From Candidatus Altiarchaeota archaeon (GTDB lineage: Archaea > Altiarchaeota > Altiarchaeia > IMC4 > SCGC-AAA252-I15): a DNA stretch of 64,000 bases. The notes under the pieces are model-generated. The model saw only the letters and a list, made by a program, of their open reading frames with translations. It did no database searches and was not told where the DNA came from. A program made the position numbers and the translations under genes. Below, one piece after another: positions 44,488 through 54,697 of this stretch (the first letter of the stretch is position 1; every line of letters begins with the position of its first letter). The stretch covers positions 293,847-357,846 of the forward strand of contig JAZDNF010000009.1 of NCBI GenBank assembly GCA_043800255.1, given 5' to 3'.

Positions 44488-46079
44488 TGTCTTATCGAGG
44501 ACATCGCGTCCTCCACGGTCAGAAGACCTTTTCCTGGGAACAGCTCCGATACTTGCGTTCTGAAATCCCTGCTCGAAGTTAGCACCTCATGCGGCGGACC
44601 GTCTGCTGCTACAGACCCGCCTTCCAGGATTATTACCCTGTCGGCGTAGCCTGCGATTGTCTCAACATCGTGTGTTAACACTATCACAGTATGGCCTTCG
44701 TCCCTGAGATTTTTCAGCAGCTCCATCAGGCCCATCTTTGACGCGTGGTCCACGCCCCTCGTCGGCTCGTCCAACAGTATGACGTCAGGCTTCGCCACAA
44801 GCACAGACGCCAATGCGACCCTCTGTCTCTCGCCGCCGGAAAGGTCCCGGGGATAGTGACCGCTCAGGTGGCTGATCCCAACTCTCTCCAGTATCTCCTC
44901 AGGATCATAGTCCAAGTTGAAGTTTCTGAGGGTGAATTTCAACTCCTCCAAAACGGTGTCAGAGAAGAGGTAGTCGTTGGGATTCTGGGTGACGAATCCG
45001 ATATGCCTTGCGATTACGTCAATGTCATACTTTAGTGTGTCCTTGCCGCAGACTATTACGGAACCCTTTAAAGGCTTCAACAGGCCCATGAGGTTTTTTG
45101 CGAGCGTGGTCTTGCCTGAGCCGTTGTATCCCATGACAGCAACGAACTCGCCCTCACTTACCCTGAGATTGACGTCACTGAGGGCCTCCACGCCATTGTA
45201 AGAGTAGGATAATCCGTCAACCTCTATGACACTGCTGCCTTTTTTTGTAGAGCCTCTCGCAACAGGATCGAACTTCAGGCGCATCTTTCCCAGTAAGCTC
45301 CTTGCGCCTTCCAATGAGACTGAAGTCTTGGTCCCGCGGGTAAGCCTGCTTATTAGCTCAGTCGCTGGGGGCCTGTACTTCAACTCAGGAATCATCTCAT
45401 TGAGCGTGCCAATCGCTTTTCTGTCTAGGTCGAGTATCCTGTCAGCGTGCTCTATGACCCTCTCAAGCCTGTGCTCTGCCAGCACGATCGTGAGGTTATA
45501 CTCTTCCCGTATGCGCATTATGTAGGAGAGCAGGTCTGCGGCGCTTTTGGGGTCGAGCTGCGATGTCGGCTCGTCCAATACAAGGACTTTCGGCCGCATG
45601 GAAAGCAGAGACGCCAGTATGACCTTCTGCTTCTCGCCGCCTGAGAGGGTGTTGACAGCCCTACGCCTGAGATGCCCTATGCCCAGTGATTCCGTTACGC
45701 TCTCAAGATTCTCTCTCATAGCCTCCTTCCGGAATTTCAGGTTCTCCATGCCGAAGACGACTTCGTTCTCGACAGAGTTCATGATGAACTGGGACTCCGG
45801 GTCCTGGAAGAGCACTCCTGCCTTTCGGGATATCATACTGGTCGGGTGTTCGAGAGTGTCCATGCCGTCGACAGTGACCCTCCCGGAGAAGATGCCGCCT
45901 GTGAAGTGTGGTACGAGTCCGTTCATGCACCTGCAGACTGTGGTTTTCCCGCATCCTGACGAGCCTACCAGCAGCAGAAGCTCGCCCCTCCTGACGTCGA
46001 ATGTCAGATCTTCTATAGCAGGCTTCGCGCCATCAGGGTAGGTGTGCGACACACCGTCAAAGTTTATTATCTTTTCCAT
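44484..46079 (-). CDS. ECF transporter fused double ATPase
   Basis: GSSGCGKT/LSGGEKQ/LDEPT and GYNGSGKT/LSGGERQ/LDEPT. Confidence 0.93.
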   Translation of the reverse strand: MEKIINFDGVSHTYPDGAKPAIEDLTFDVRRGELLLLVGSSGCGKTTVCRCMNGLVPHFTGGIFSGRVTVDGMDTLEHPTSMISRKAGVLFQDPESQFIMNSVENEVVFGMENLKFRKEAMRENLESVTESLGIGHLRRRAVNTLSGGEKQKVILASLLSMRPKVLVLDEPTSQLDPKSAADLLSYIMRIREEYNLTIVLAEHRLERVIEHADRILDLDRKAIGTLNEMIPELKYRPPATELISRLTRGTKTSVSLEGARSLLGKMRLKFDPVARGSTKKGSSVIEVDGLSYSYNGVEALSDVNLRVSEGEFVAVMGYNGSGKTTLAKNLMGLLKPLKGSVIVCGKDTLKYDIDVIARHIGFVTQNPNDYLFSDTVLEELKFTLRNFNLDYDPEEILERVGISHLSGHYPRDLSGGERQRVALASVLVAKPDVILLDEPTRGVDHASKMGLMELLKNLRDEGHTVIVLTHDVETIAGYADRVIILEGGSVAADGPPHEVLTSSRDFRTQVSELFPGKGLLTVEDAMSSIRQ

Positions 46080-46941
46080 CTTCCAGTGAGGGAACTGCAA
46101 GCAGCAGCAGCGAGATTACAACGGATTTTTTGATTTCTGGCATTATTGTGACTGCGGACATCGCGTTCCAGTACTCAAGCGATCCGGTCAGCTTAAGCGC
46201 CAGAAGGTAGAGCAGCGGGACTGCGAACAGTAGAGTATAGAGTACATCCCTCCTGCTCCAATTCTCATGCACATATTTGGTACGGTCGCCGGTGTAGCAT
46301 CTGGCTTCCATTGCCTCAGCCAGATTGTAGGATTTTTCCAGCGAGTTCACCACGGTGGGTATGATGATGCTGACTCTCTTTTTGAGATTTTGGAGCTTTC
46401 CAGCCTTGTTGAGCATGAGGCCTCTGCTTTTTTGCACGTCGGTTATAGATTTGAAGTCTTCTGCGATCATGGGGGCGAAGCGGACTGCTATGCTTGCAAC
46501 CAGTGAGGAGTGTACGAGGCTTTTCGGGAACACCCTTATGAGGGCGTCTGATGTCACAATCCTGTTGAAGACAGAGAATACCAGGAACAATGTTATGAGG
46601 AGGAGCGCGAATATGAAAGCTGCCGCAAGGGATTCCAAGGTTATTGGCCCTGAGATTCCAACTATCGGGACTTTGACTCCAAGGACTATAAGGCTGGCAG
46701 GTATCCTGTACAATACTGTCTCGCCGTGGTGTACCAGCAGTATGTTTATGAGCATCACAGGTATGCTGAAGAGCGCTCCCATGAGTATCGGGTGGGCAAC
46801 GCCTACTTTGTTCCTTTTCAGGATCAGCACTGCAGATAGGCAGATGACTCCCAGGTAGGCTGGATTGTAGGTGAGAACGCTGCATATCACTGCCGTTGCC
46901 AGCCACATCACCCAGACGTACGTGTTGAATTTTTTGTCCAC
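46057..46941 (-). CDS. ECF transporter T component
   Basis: TM helices, QKSRG and AMEARC coupling motifs; GTG start assumed. Confidence 0.88.
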   Translation of the reverse strand: MDKKFNTYVWVMWLATAVICSVLTYNPAYLGVICLSAVLILKRNKVGVAHPILMGALFSIPVMLINILLVHHGETVLYRIPASLIVLGVKVPIVGISGPITLESLAAAFIFALLLITLFLVFSVFNRIVTSDALIRVFPKSLVHSSLVASIAVRFAPMIAEDFKSITDVQKSRGLMLNKAGKLQNLKKRVSIIIPTVVNSLEKSYNLAEAMEARCYTGDRTKYVHENWSRRDVLYTLLFAVPLLYLLALKLTGSLEYWNAMSAVTIMPEIKKSVVISLLLLAVPSLEDGKDNKL

Positions 46942-47003
46942 CCTTTTTATATTGGAATGTGCATATATAAATGTTGGATAAATTATCCAAGTGGGTGATG
47001 TGA

Positions 47004-48797
47004 ATGAACGGAAAAACAACCGCACTGGCAATACTCCTGTTGATAGGCTCAGCCTCTGCCGAAAACCTGACGAGAGAGCAGGCAGCGCAGGCAGCTGTCG
47101 GATGGCTCATCAGCAACCAGAACCAGAGCACAGGAGAGATCAGAGGAGGATGGATTTGGGACACCTGCTTCGGGGCAGTGGCACTCTCAAGCTTCGGCGA
47201 GCTAGAGTACGCGCGCCTCGCAGCCTCCTACATCCTAGGGGAACAATCTGCCGGCGGGAACTGGGCAGGCCCGGATGAAACGGCAGTCTGCATGTATGGT
47301 ATCATGTCAACCGGCCTCACGATGGCCAATATGACCCAAGGCAACCTGACTCCAATATCCTACTTGGAGGACAACATGGGCTCGAACGGAGGGATAACAA
47401 GCTGGGGCGTCGAGAACATACAATCGACCTCCTGGGTTGCATTAGGATTAAACGGAGCAGGCCAGCCGATCATTGAGAATGCCAACAAGACTCCCATCGA
47501 TTTCATCGTCTCAGACCAGGATACCACAACCGGCGGCTGGACTTACTTCTCGACAACCTATGACAGTGCCGTCGCATTGCTCGCGCTTTCAGCGTGGAAC
47601 GTTTCAAAGGAGAACGCGACAGTCGCCAGCGGGATAAGCTATCTGAAGCAGCGGCAGTATTCTAACGGCAGCTTCGGCAGCCAGTATGTTACCGCGCTGG
47701 CTGTGCTGGCTTTGGAGTCCTACAACGAGAGTCTGGAGAACGCAACAGACTATCTTATTGAGACGATGGTGAACGGCAGTTGCGCTGGCAGCACCACGCC
47801 GACCGCGAGCGCGACCGCATTGTGCGCCCTAGCGTTGGGCGGGAAGAGTTTTGGAGTCCCACTGCAGTATCATACTGTCGGCATGGTCGTCGAATACAAC
47901 GATACCTTGCTGACATCCTGCGACAGGGTCCCTGCCGGCGTGAGCGGGAAATCCATTGTGAATTCGTCAGGTATAAGCTCAGCCTGGATTTACTTCGACT
48001 CGTTCGGGTACTCGCTGGACTGCCTGAACGGAGTGTGCGCCGAGCAGTGGCCTGGCAGCTACTGGCATATCAGCAACCTTGACAGTTCTGGTTGGCAGGC
48101 TCTGCCAGTGGGTTTGGGACACACTAACGCCTGCTGGAACGGCAACTACAGCGACTACATAGGGCATTACTGCGCAGCAGACAATAACATCCTAGGCTTC
48201 ATATACCATGAGCCTAACGAGGATTATTCGATAAGCACGCCAGAGCACAATTACACGATATCATCTGACGGGGTTTCCTGCACGGTGGGCAGGATATCCC
48301 TCTACAGCCTTAATCTGACCTCCGGGCAGGCAGTAACGATAAGGTCTTCGGAGAGGAACGCGAGCATAGACGTGCAGGTGAACGAGAGCCTTGCGAACGT
48401 CAACATCAACGTGACATCCTATGACAGTAATCCTACCAACAGCAGCCTCTCAGCCAGCGGACTCAACAAGTATGTGAGAGTGGACCACGACAGCAGCTTA
48501 GGAAACAAGATTGAGAGCGTTATCCTCAGGGTCCACTATACTGACATTGAAATTTCCACTGAAGGCATGTCAGAGCAGCAACTGAGGATGTGGTGGTATA
48601 ATCAGTCAGATGATGATTGGCAGATGCTTGACAGCAGCAACATGAGCTGGGTCTACAGTACGGGAGTCAACATTTCGGACAATTTCGTGTGGGCAAACGT
48701 CAGCCACTTCAGCCTCTACACTATAGGCCAGGAGACTGAGACGAATCTCTTACAGCTAGCATCAGGTTGGAATCTTATAAGCATCCCTTTAGCGTAA
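47004..48797 (+). CDS. Secreted prenyltransferase/squalene-cyclase-repeat protein with transcobalamin-like domain
   Basis: Signal peptide; WL..NQ, QD..GGW, YL..Q.SNGSFG repeats; CLNGVC..YW..VG domain; C-terminal GWNLISIP. Confidence 0.7.
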   Translation: MNGKTTALAILLLIGSASAENLTREQAAQAAVGWLISNQNQSTGEIRGGWIWDTCFGAVALSSFGELEYARLAASYILGEQSAGGNWAGPDETAVCMYGIMSTGLTMANMTQGNLTPISYLEDNMGSNGGITSWGVENIQSTSWVALGLNGAGQPIIENANKTPIDFIVSDQDTTTGGWTYFSTTYDSAVALLALSAWNVSKENATVASGISYLKQRQYSNGSFGSQYVTALAVLALESYNESLENATDYLIETMVNGSCAGSTTPTASATALCALALGGKSFGVPLQYHTVGMVVEYNDTLLTSCDRVPAGVSGKSIVNSSGISSAWIYFDSFGYSLDCLNGVCAEQWPGSYWHISNLDSSGWQALPVGLGHTNACWNGNYSDYIGHYCAADNNILGFIYHEPNEDYSISTPEHNYTISSDGVSCTVGRISLYSLNLTSGQAVTIRSSERNASIDVQVNESLANVNINVTSYDSNPTNSSLSASGLNKYVRVDHDSSLGNKIESVILRVHYTDIEISTEGMSEQQLRMWWYNQSDDDWQMLDSSNMSWVYSTGVNISDNFVWANVSHFSLYTIGQETETNLLQLASGWNLISIPLA

Positions 48798-48798
48798 G

Positions 48799-49764
48799 AT
48801 GGACTGGAGATACTTTATTGTTGCGTTGTTGGTTTTGGGAACCGCGGGAGCGGCGAAGGTCGCCGTGCTGGTGGACTTCCCAGACAGGGAGACTTTCACC
48901 AAATGCTTGGAAGCTGATGAGGGCGCGAACGGTTACGAGGTTCTGGAGCTGACAGGGTTGGACATAGACTGGAGCTCGCAGGGCGAGTGGGGCCACGGCC
49001 TGTGCGGGATTGAGGATGTTGGCTGCCAGTCGTCGAATTGTTTCTGCGGCAGCGAAACCTACTGGGGCTTCTACCTTGCAGAAGACGATAACGATTGGAG
49101 TTACTCTGCGGTCGGCTTTGACGGGATGAGCGGCTGCTGGAACAGGGACAGCAGCTCTTACGTGGGACACTATTGCGCCAGGGATGAGGACGTCTTGGGC
49201 TTCAGGTGGGGCGAGTTCGGAACGCTGCCAGAGTACAAGGAGTTTGACGAAATCTGCTCTGACGATGATTTGGAAGCAGATGATGATGAGGATGAAGAGC
49301 TTGAGTGGGAGGTTGAGCCTGAGCACCCGCTGGCCGGAGAGCTGATAAAGCTGGATTTGGACGTCAGAGGCGTCACAGTGAAAGTCTACTCAGGCAACTA
49401 CAGGACAAAATATTATGAGGGCGTGTCCAACGGCGAGGGCGAAGTCCACTTTTCCTTGGACGAGCCAGGCACATACACAGTTCTCTTGGATTCTGAGAAG
49501 TACTCGGACGAGCAGTTCGAGCTTGTCATAGGAGCGCAGCCGGTTACGACATCAACCGTCGAGGACATGACAACGTCTGTTATCCTGACATCGGTGTCAA
49601 CTTCGATTCCAACAACCTCAACAGTCTCAACTGTAACGCCAACCTCTACATCGTCAATCGCGGAGACGTCAACAACTGTCGAAGCCCCAGTCCAGAAGCA
49701 GGCTGACAGTTTCATTTCCAGAATATTCAAACGAATCAACAACCTACTGGCAACACTATTATAA
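48799..49764 (+). CDS. Secreted protein with transcobalamin/DUF4430-like domain, Ig-like domain and Thr-rich tail
   Basis: LCGIEDVGC...YWGFY..WSYSAVG..CWN...GHYCA..DVLGF shared with the upstream protein. Confidence 0.65.
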   Translation: MDWRYFIVALLVLGTAGAAKVAVLVDFPDRETFTKCLEADEGANGYEVLELTGLDIDWSSQGEWGHGLCGIEDVGCQSSNCFCGSETYWGFYLAEDDNDWSYSAVGFDGMSGCWNRDSSSYVGHYCARDEDVLGFRWGEFGTLPEYKEFDEICSDDDLEADDDEDEELEWEVEPEHPLAGELIKLDLDVRGVTVKVYSGNYRTKYYEGVSNGEGEVHFSLDEPGTYTVLLDSEKYSDEQFELVIGAQPVTTSTVEDMTTSVILTSVSTSIPTTSTVSTVTPTSTSSIAETSTTVEAPVQKQADSFISRIFKRINNLLATLL

Positions 49765-49797
49765 AATTTCAGTCAGATCACCAGAGGGCGTAGTAAT

Positions 49798-50142
49798 TCA
49801 ACCGTCTGCGTTCTCAAGAACCGCACTTATTTGGTCTTTCAATCGTGGTAGTTCGTTCTCCAAGACGTTCCATATTCTCTTTATGTTGACTCCGAAGTAG
49901 GCGTGTGCGATTATGTCTCTCATCCCGGCGATGTCCTTCCACGGCACCTCCGAATTTTCAGATTTCAAATCATCGCTTATGTTCTTCACAGCCTCCCCGA
50001 TTATTTCAATACGCCTTGCAACAGCATCCTGAACCTTCATGTCCTTTTTGAAATCACCCTCAGACAGGTCTTTTGTGTAATCGTCAATCGCCTTGATGCT
50101 TTCCAGTATATCCTGCAGGTAAAGTCGGTTATCCCTTTTCAA
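49798..50142 (-). CDS. hepT: HepT (DUF86/HEPN) toxin
   Basis: YLQDILE, IIGEA, RDIIAHAY (RX4HXY). Confidence 0.92.
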   Translation of the reverse strand: MKRDNRLYLQDILESIKAIDDYTKDLSEGDFKKDMKVQDAVARRIEIIGEAVKNISDDLKSENSEVPWKDIAGMRDIIAHAYFGVNIKRIWNVLENELPRLKDQISAVLENADG

Positions 50143-50420
50143 AGTATGACCACCTGCTCTTTGAGAATCCTGTCCCTGAGCAAGGGTTTTATCGTTCCGT
50201 ACTCTACCAAGTCAACACTTCGACCTAGGCGCTCTTCCAGCTCATTTTTCAACTTTGCAAGACCAAGAAGGCTTACACTATCATCGACTTCAACCAGAAC
50301 ATCCACATCACTATCCTGTCTGTCATCTCCCCTAACAGTTGACCCAAATAGACCAGCCCTCCTCACACCCCCGTTCTTCAAGACAGGGATCATGGTTTCC
50401 TTAAACTCATCGACTCTCAT
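50139..50420 (-). CDS. mntA: MNT nucleotidyltransferase antitoxin
   Basis: LFGSTVRGDDRQDSDVDVLV, VDLV. Confidence 0.92.
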   Translation of the reverse strand: MRVDEFKETMIPVLKNGGVRRAGLFGSTVRGDDRQDSDVDVLVEVDDSVSLLGLAKLKNELEERLGRSVDLVEYGTIKPLLRDRILKEQVVIL

Positions 50421-50503
50421 CTTATTTACTTATTAGAGCTCGAATTTAATAAAAAGAACACGTAAAATCATACATCTCAGAATAGATTGTGGGAGCATAT
50501 CAG

Positions 50504-51133
50504 ATGGATGATTTTATGAGAGACCATTGGGAGGGAGTGTACGGATCATATGAGCTTGATCAGTTAGGCTGGTATGAGGAAACCCCGACGCAATCGTTGA
50601 ATCTGGTCAGCCGGTGCGGCCTAAGAAGAGAGGATGCGATACTTGATGTCGGCTGCGGCACCTCAACATTCATCGACCATCTGATCCAGCTAGGGTATAC
50701 TAACTTAATTGCGGCGGACATAAGCCAGGCAGCATTAGAGAAGCTCAGGAAACGGTTAGGCCCGGCGAAGGCTTCACATGTTAGATGGATTGTGGACGAT
50801 ATCTCCCAGCCTGCTCAGATCCAGGAGCTGCATGACATCGCATTGTGGCATGACAGGGCAGTGTTGCACTTCCTGCTGGAAGAGAAGCGGATTGAAACCT
50901 ACTTCACCACCCTGAAGAAGGTTGTGAGAAGAGGAGGTTACGTCATCATCGCCGCCTTCTCGTTGGAGGGAGCGAAAAAATGCAGCGGCTTGGACGTACG
51001 AAATTACGACCAGAACATGCTGTCCGAACGCCTGGGAAACGAATTCAAACTCCTCCAATCATTCAACCACACCCACCACACCCCCTCCGGCAAACCCAGA
51101 CCCTACGTTTACACCCTATTCCAAAGACGATAA
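50504..51133 (+). CDS. Class I SAM-dependent methyltransferase
   Basis: HWE.VY, LDVGCG, WHDRAVLHFL, CSGL. Confidence 0.88.
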   Translation: MDDFMRDHWEGVYGSYELDQLGWYEETPTQSLNLVSRCGLRREDAILDVGCGTSTFIDHLIQLGYTNLIAADISQAALEKLRKRLGPAKASHVRWIVDDISQPAQIQELHDIALWHDRAVLHFLLEEKRIETYFTTLKKVVRRGGYVIIAAFSLEGAKKCSGLDVRNYDQNMLSERLGNEFKLLQSFNHTHHTPSGKPRPYVYTLFQRR

Positions 51134-51242
51134 AACAGGGGATAGGTTGGGCTAGGTGGGACAATTTCTGGGGGGAACTAGGATAACGCTAGTATAATGG
51201 TTTTTTGCCATTGTCTATAACGGTTATCTTTGGTATTTATAT

Positions 51243-51267
51243 TATGGTTACTATAATAGTAACCATA
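51243..51267. promoter_or_regulatory. Perfect 12-bp palindromic operator overlapping the start codon
   Basis: TATGGTTACTAT-A-ATAGTAACCATA. Confidence 0.75.
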
Positions 51268-51893
51268 TGAATATGTATTTGAAGTTGTACGGCTGGTTGT
51301 GGGAAGCCTTCGGAAACAACAAGTTCAGTTTAAGGGACTTCAACTCGGTGTTCCCAAGCCCCCAGGGGAAAAAGGTCGTACACGATTTGGTCGGCGGCGG
51401 CTATTTGGAGAGGGTTGAGAGGGGAGAGTACAAGGTTAAAGAGCCGGGGTTGTTCATATCAGGTATCGTGAAGGAAAGCTTGGGCAAAGAGGGCATATTA
51501 TCCAAAGCTGAGAGATCTTATGCTTTCTGCTGCAATGACGCTGTGGCCATATGGACTGACGGCTACTACTTCACCGGATTCACCAGGGGCTTTAAGCCGA
51601 TGCACATAGAGGTCTTGGAGAAAGACTTGAGGTACTGGATGGAGTTCTTCAGAAGAAACGATGCAGAATATGTGGTTGACGGGGGCAGCAGAACCTTGTT
51701 CGGGTTAACCTACGTATTGCATCCCGTAGAGATAATCAACTCGGAGGAAAAAGACGGCTCACCAGTAGTCTCCATGGAGGATACTATAAGATTCTGCAAG
51801 GAAAATGAGTTGACCTACCGGCCGGCTTTGGAGTACTTGGACCGGAAGTTTCATTTGAATTTATTCAAAAAGTACCAACACATAAACACCTGA
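51267..51893 (+). CDS. AbiEi-like antitoxin/regulator (N-terminal wHTH)
   Basis: VVHDLVGGGYLERVERGEY winged-helix motif; paired with a nucleotidyltransferase. Confidence 0.6.
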   Translation: MNMYLKLYGWLWEAFGNNKFSLRDFNSVFPSPQGKKVVHDLVGGGYLERVERGEYKVKEPGLFISGIVKESLGKEGILSKAERSYAFCCNDAVAIWTDGYYFTGFTRGFKPMHIEVLEKDLRYWMEFFRRNDAEYVVDGGSRTLFGLTYVLHPVEIINSEEKDGSPVVSMEDTIRFCKENELTYRPALEYLDRKFHLNLFKKYQHINT

Positions 51894-51902
51894 GGGTTTG
51901 AC

Positions 51903-52634
51903 GTGAATGTGAGGGAGAAATTGCTGGCGAGGGAGAGGGAGTGCTTTGATTTCCTTAATGCCATCCTCCAGAAGACGAAGTATGTCCTCGTCGGAGGGTA
52001 TGCTGTGAGCTCGTTCGGTTTCCCTAGGTTCTCTGTCGACCTTGACATAGTGATGCCTGATAGCGAGCTGAAGTTCTTCGAAGGGCTTCTCAGGAAGCGG
52101 GATTTCATCCTCGTCTCAGAGCGTAAAGGCCTTGATGAGGTCTACTCAGGGGAGTTCAGAAGCTATGGTAAGAAGACTGAGATGCCGGTTAGCGTTGACT
52201 TGCTGATAAACTCGATAAAATCCAGGCAGACCGGAGCATCATACGCATTCCAGTACCTCCTCAAGAATTCTGAAATCCAGACCGTACGCGGATGGCATCC
52301 GGACTCAAAGGCTGATGTGAGGGTGGCGGACAGGGAAATGCTTATAGCGCTTAAAATCAACTCAATGAGGCTGACAGACATGAGGGATGTGATAATGCTC
52401 TGCTATGGGAAACACGACACAGAAAAGATAATAGAGCACCTAAAAAGATGCCCGCAAGAGATAATCAAAAAACACCTCCAAGAGATGGCCGCCCTGATAG
52501 ACGACCCGAAATACGTCGACTCCATAAAAGGGGAGTTCAGCATAACGGACAAAGTATTCCAGGCCGCCGCCAGAAACGCCAAAAAAACCGTTACTGGAAT
52601 ACAAGCAGGCATGGAAAAGAAGATGGCGAATTAG
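51903..52634 (+). CDS. AbiEii-like nucleotidyltransferase
   Basis: LVGGYAV, RFSVDLD, LIALK...R.TD.RD. Confidence 0.75.
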   Translation: MNVREKLLARERECFDFLNAILQKTKYVLVGGYAVSSFGFPRFSVDLDIVMPDSELKFFEGLLRKRDFILVSERKGLDEVYSGEFRSYGKKTEMPVSVDLLINSIKSRQTGASYAFQYLLKNSEIQTVRGWHPDSKADVRVADREMLIALKINSMRLTDMRDVIMLCYGKHDTEKIIEHLKRCPQEIIKKHLQEMAALIDDPKYVDSIKGEFSITDKVFQAAARNAKKTVTGIQAGMEKKMAN

Positions 52635-52655
52635 TGTTCGAACCTCCACACTTGA

Positions 52656-52700
52656 TGGAGGCGGTTCTATTAATTGCTTTTGTTTGTAATAGGTAATCAT
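52656..52700 (+). repeat. Scaffold repeat A, copy 1 (lipoprotein promoter)
   Basis: tggaggcggttctattaattgcttttgt identical to 60668-60695. Confidence 0.9.
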
Positions 52701-53799
52701 GCGCTTGGTGGCTGCAGTCCTCATAGGGATCGTGCTGTTTAGCGGTTGCGCCCAGGAGGAGGAAGTGACTGTCAGCTCAACAATCCCGGAGAATGCTTTA
52801 GAGCCTGTAACCGTTCCACAAAAAGAGGAAGCTACTGTCAGCTCGACCCTCCCTGAGGAAACTACCATCGAGCCGACAATCCTGCGAGGAACTCCGGACT
52901 CCGACTTTTCAGTAGAAGTCTACAAACCTGACAAAGCCTATGCCGGCACCACGCTGCTGCCAGACAATCACAACCCCGGCAAACCGAGGGTGATAGAGGT
53001 GAACATGCTGGGGGAAATCGTCTGGGAGTATGTGCTTCCCTCAAATTTGAGGCAGTACACCAATCCCGGCTTCGATGTCGAACTACTATCAGATGATAAC
53101 ATCATGTTCGTCTTGCCTCGCAAGGGCGTGTACGAAATCAACAGGGAGGGCGGAGTCGTCTGGTCTTACTTGGACGAAAAAGTGTCCCACGATGCGGACA
53201 GGCTGTCGAACGGCAACACCCTTGTCGTATTCGGCAACAACGACAAGATGGCCGACGCCCAAGTGAAGGAAGTAAGTCCTGATGGAACAATCGTCTGGTC
53301 TTGGCATGCGAAAGACCATTTTTCCGAGGAGTATAAGGACATCAGCAACCAAGGCTGGACTCACACCAACGCGGTAACAAGGCTCGAAAACGGCAACACC
53401 CTGATCAGCCCGAGAAACTTTGACATGCTTGTGGAAGTCGACTCGCAGGGCTCGGTTGTCCGGACAATTGGCAGGGACTATCTGAAGAAACAGCACGATC
53501 CTGAGATTCTCGGGAACGGCAATATACTGCTGGCAAACCACGGCACGCCTCATGAGGTGTTGGAGATCAACCCGGAAACGGATGAAATAGTCTGGCGTTT
53601 CCCGATGTCCAGCCGAAAAACACAGCCTGTCCGAGACGCTAACCGCCTCCCCAACGGCAACACACTAATCACCGGCTCGACGGTGATACTCGAAGTCACA
53701 CCCGACAAGGAGATAGTCTGGAAGCTCAACTTGAAGGAGGGCATGTTCAAACCCGAAGAATCAGCAGAGCGAGGCTTCTACAAAGCAGAAAGAATCTGA
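52699..53799 (+). CDS. Arylsulfotransferase-like beta-propeller lipoprotein
   Basis: FSGC lipobox; repeated HDADRL.NGNTL, WTHTNA, QHDP motifs. Confidence 0.75.
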   Translation: MRLVAAVLIGIVLFSGCAQEEEVTVSSTIPENALEPVTVPQKEEATVSSTLPEETTIEPTILRGTPDSDFSVEVYKPDKAYAGTTLLPDNHNPGKPRVIEVNMLGEIVWEYVLPSNLRQYTNPGFDVELLSDDNIMFVLPRKGVYEINREGGVVWSYLDEKVSHDADRLSNGNTLVVFGNNDKMADAQVKEVSPDGTIVWSWHAKDHFSEEYKDISNQGWTHTNAVTRLENGNTLISPRNFDMLVEVDSQGSVVRTIGRDYLKKQHDPEILGNGNILLANHGTPHEVLEINPETDEIVWRFPMSSRKTQPVRDANRLPNGNTLITGSTVILEVTPDKEIVWKLNLKEGMFKPEESAERGFYKAERI

Positions 53800-53885
53800 T
53801 TAACCGCTTTTCAACTTCGATATTTGCATTTTTAAATGGGTTTTCTTTGATGATTAAGGGGAAACAAAATAGCGAGGTTGTCATA

Positions 53886-54080
53886 ATGAATAAGAGTTAT
53901 AACTTCTACATGGGGGCTGACTTGAGTTCCCATATTGGCGAATGGATTGCCATTTGTGAGGATAAGATCGTTTCACACGGCGATAACGCAAAAAAGGTAT
54001 TTGAGAAGGCAGAAAGGTTGTGCGATAATAAGAGGATTTTACTCACTAAAGTTCCTGAAAAGGAAACTATGATTTTCTGA
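53886..54080 (+). CDS. DUF5678-like small protein
   Basis: GEWIAI...IVSHG.NAKKV..KA; typical partner of retropepsin-like proteases. Confidence 0.75.
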   Translation: MNKSYNFYMGADLSSHIGEWIAICEDKIVSHGDNAKKVFEKAERLCDNKRILLTKVPEKETMIF

Positions 54081-54085
54081 TTGGG

Positions 54086-54511
54086 ATGGTTCTGATCTTT
54101 AAGTACAAAGCATTTAAGAGACCTGATGGAACCCTTGCGAAGATTCCTTGTATCCCCGTATGCTTACAGCATAAAACGTCTTTTGATACGGTAGCCTTAT
54201 TAGACTCTGGTGCGGAGGTATCGACAATCCCGAAGGAGATAGGCGAGGTACTCGGTCTCGACCTATCAGGCAAAACCAGGATATCTTAGGGTATTGGAGG
54301 GGCCGTAAATTCAATCGATAGAACGGTTGTGGTTACCCTACAGGATCATCATGAGAAATACTCCTTCAAAATACCATTCAAAATAGTTCTGGACAAGTAT
54401 GATTTTCCAGTAATAATGGGGAGAGCAGGCTTCTTTGATAAGTTCCTAATCACAATTGACGAAGGCGAAGAAAAAGTAAAGTTGAAAAGAAAGACGAGAC
54501 ATAGTTACTAA
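54086..54511 (+). pseudogene. Retropepsin-like aspartyl protease interrupted by an in-frame TAG (54287-54289)
   Basis: ALLDSGA...RIS*GIGG...VIMGRAGFF; the two track ORFs are in the same frame. Confidence 0.8.
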
Positions 54512-54697
54512 AAATCCAATTTTTAGGCAGATTCTAATGAGGCCACCGAACGAACACAAGCCCAAAAACTAACCCGTAAACTTGCCCTTGCTGAAACCCA
54601 ACGCACCAGAATCTCCTGTTTTAGAATTCCTCTGCCCCGAGGATTTTTTAGGTCTTTATCCTAAAGGGGGATGATTTGTTCAAATTCCGCTAAGCGT

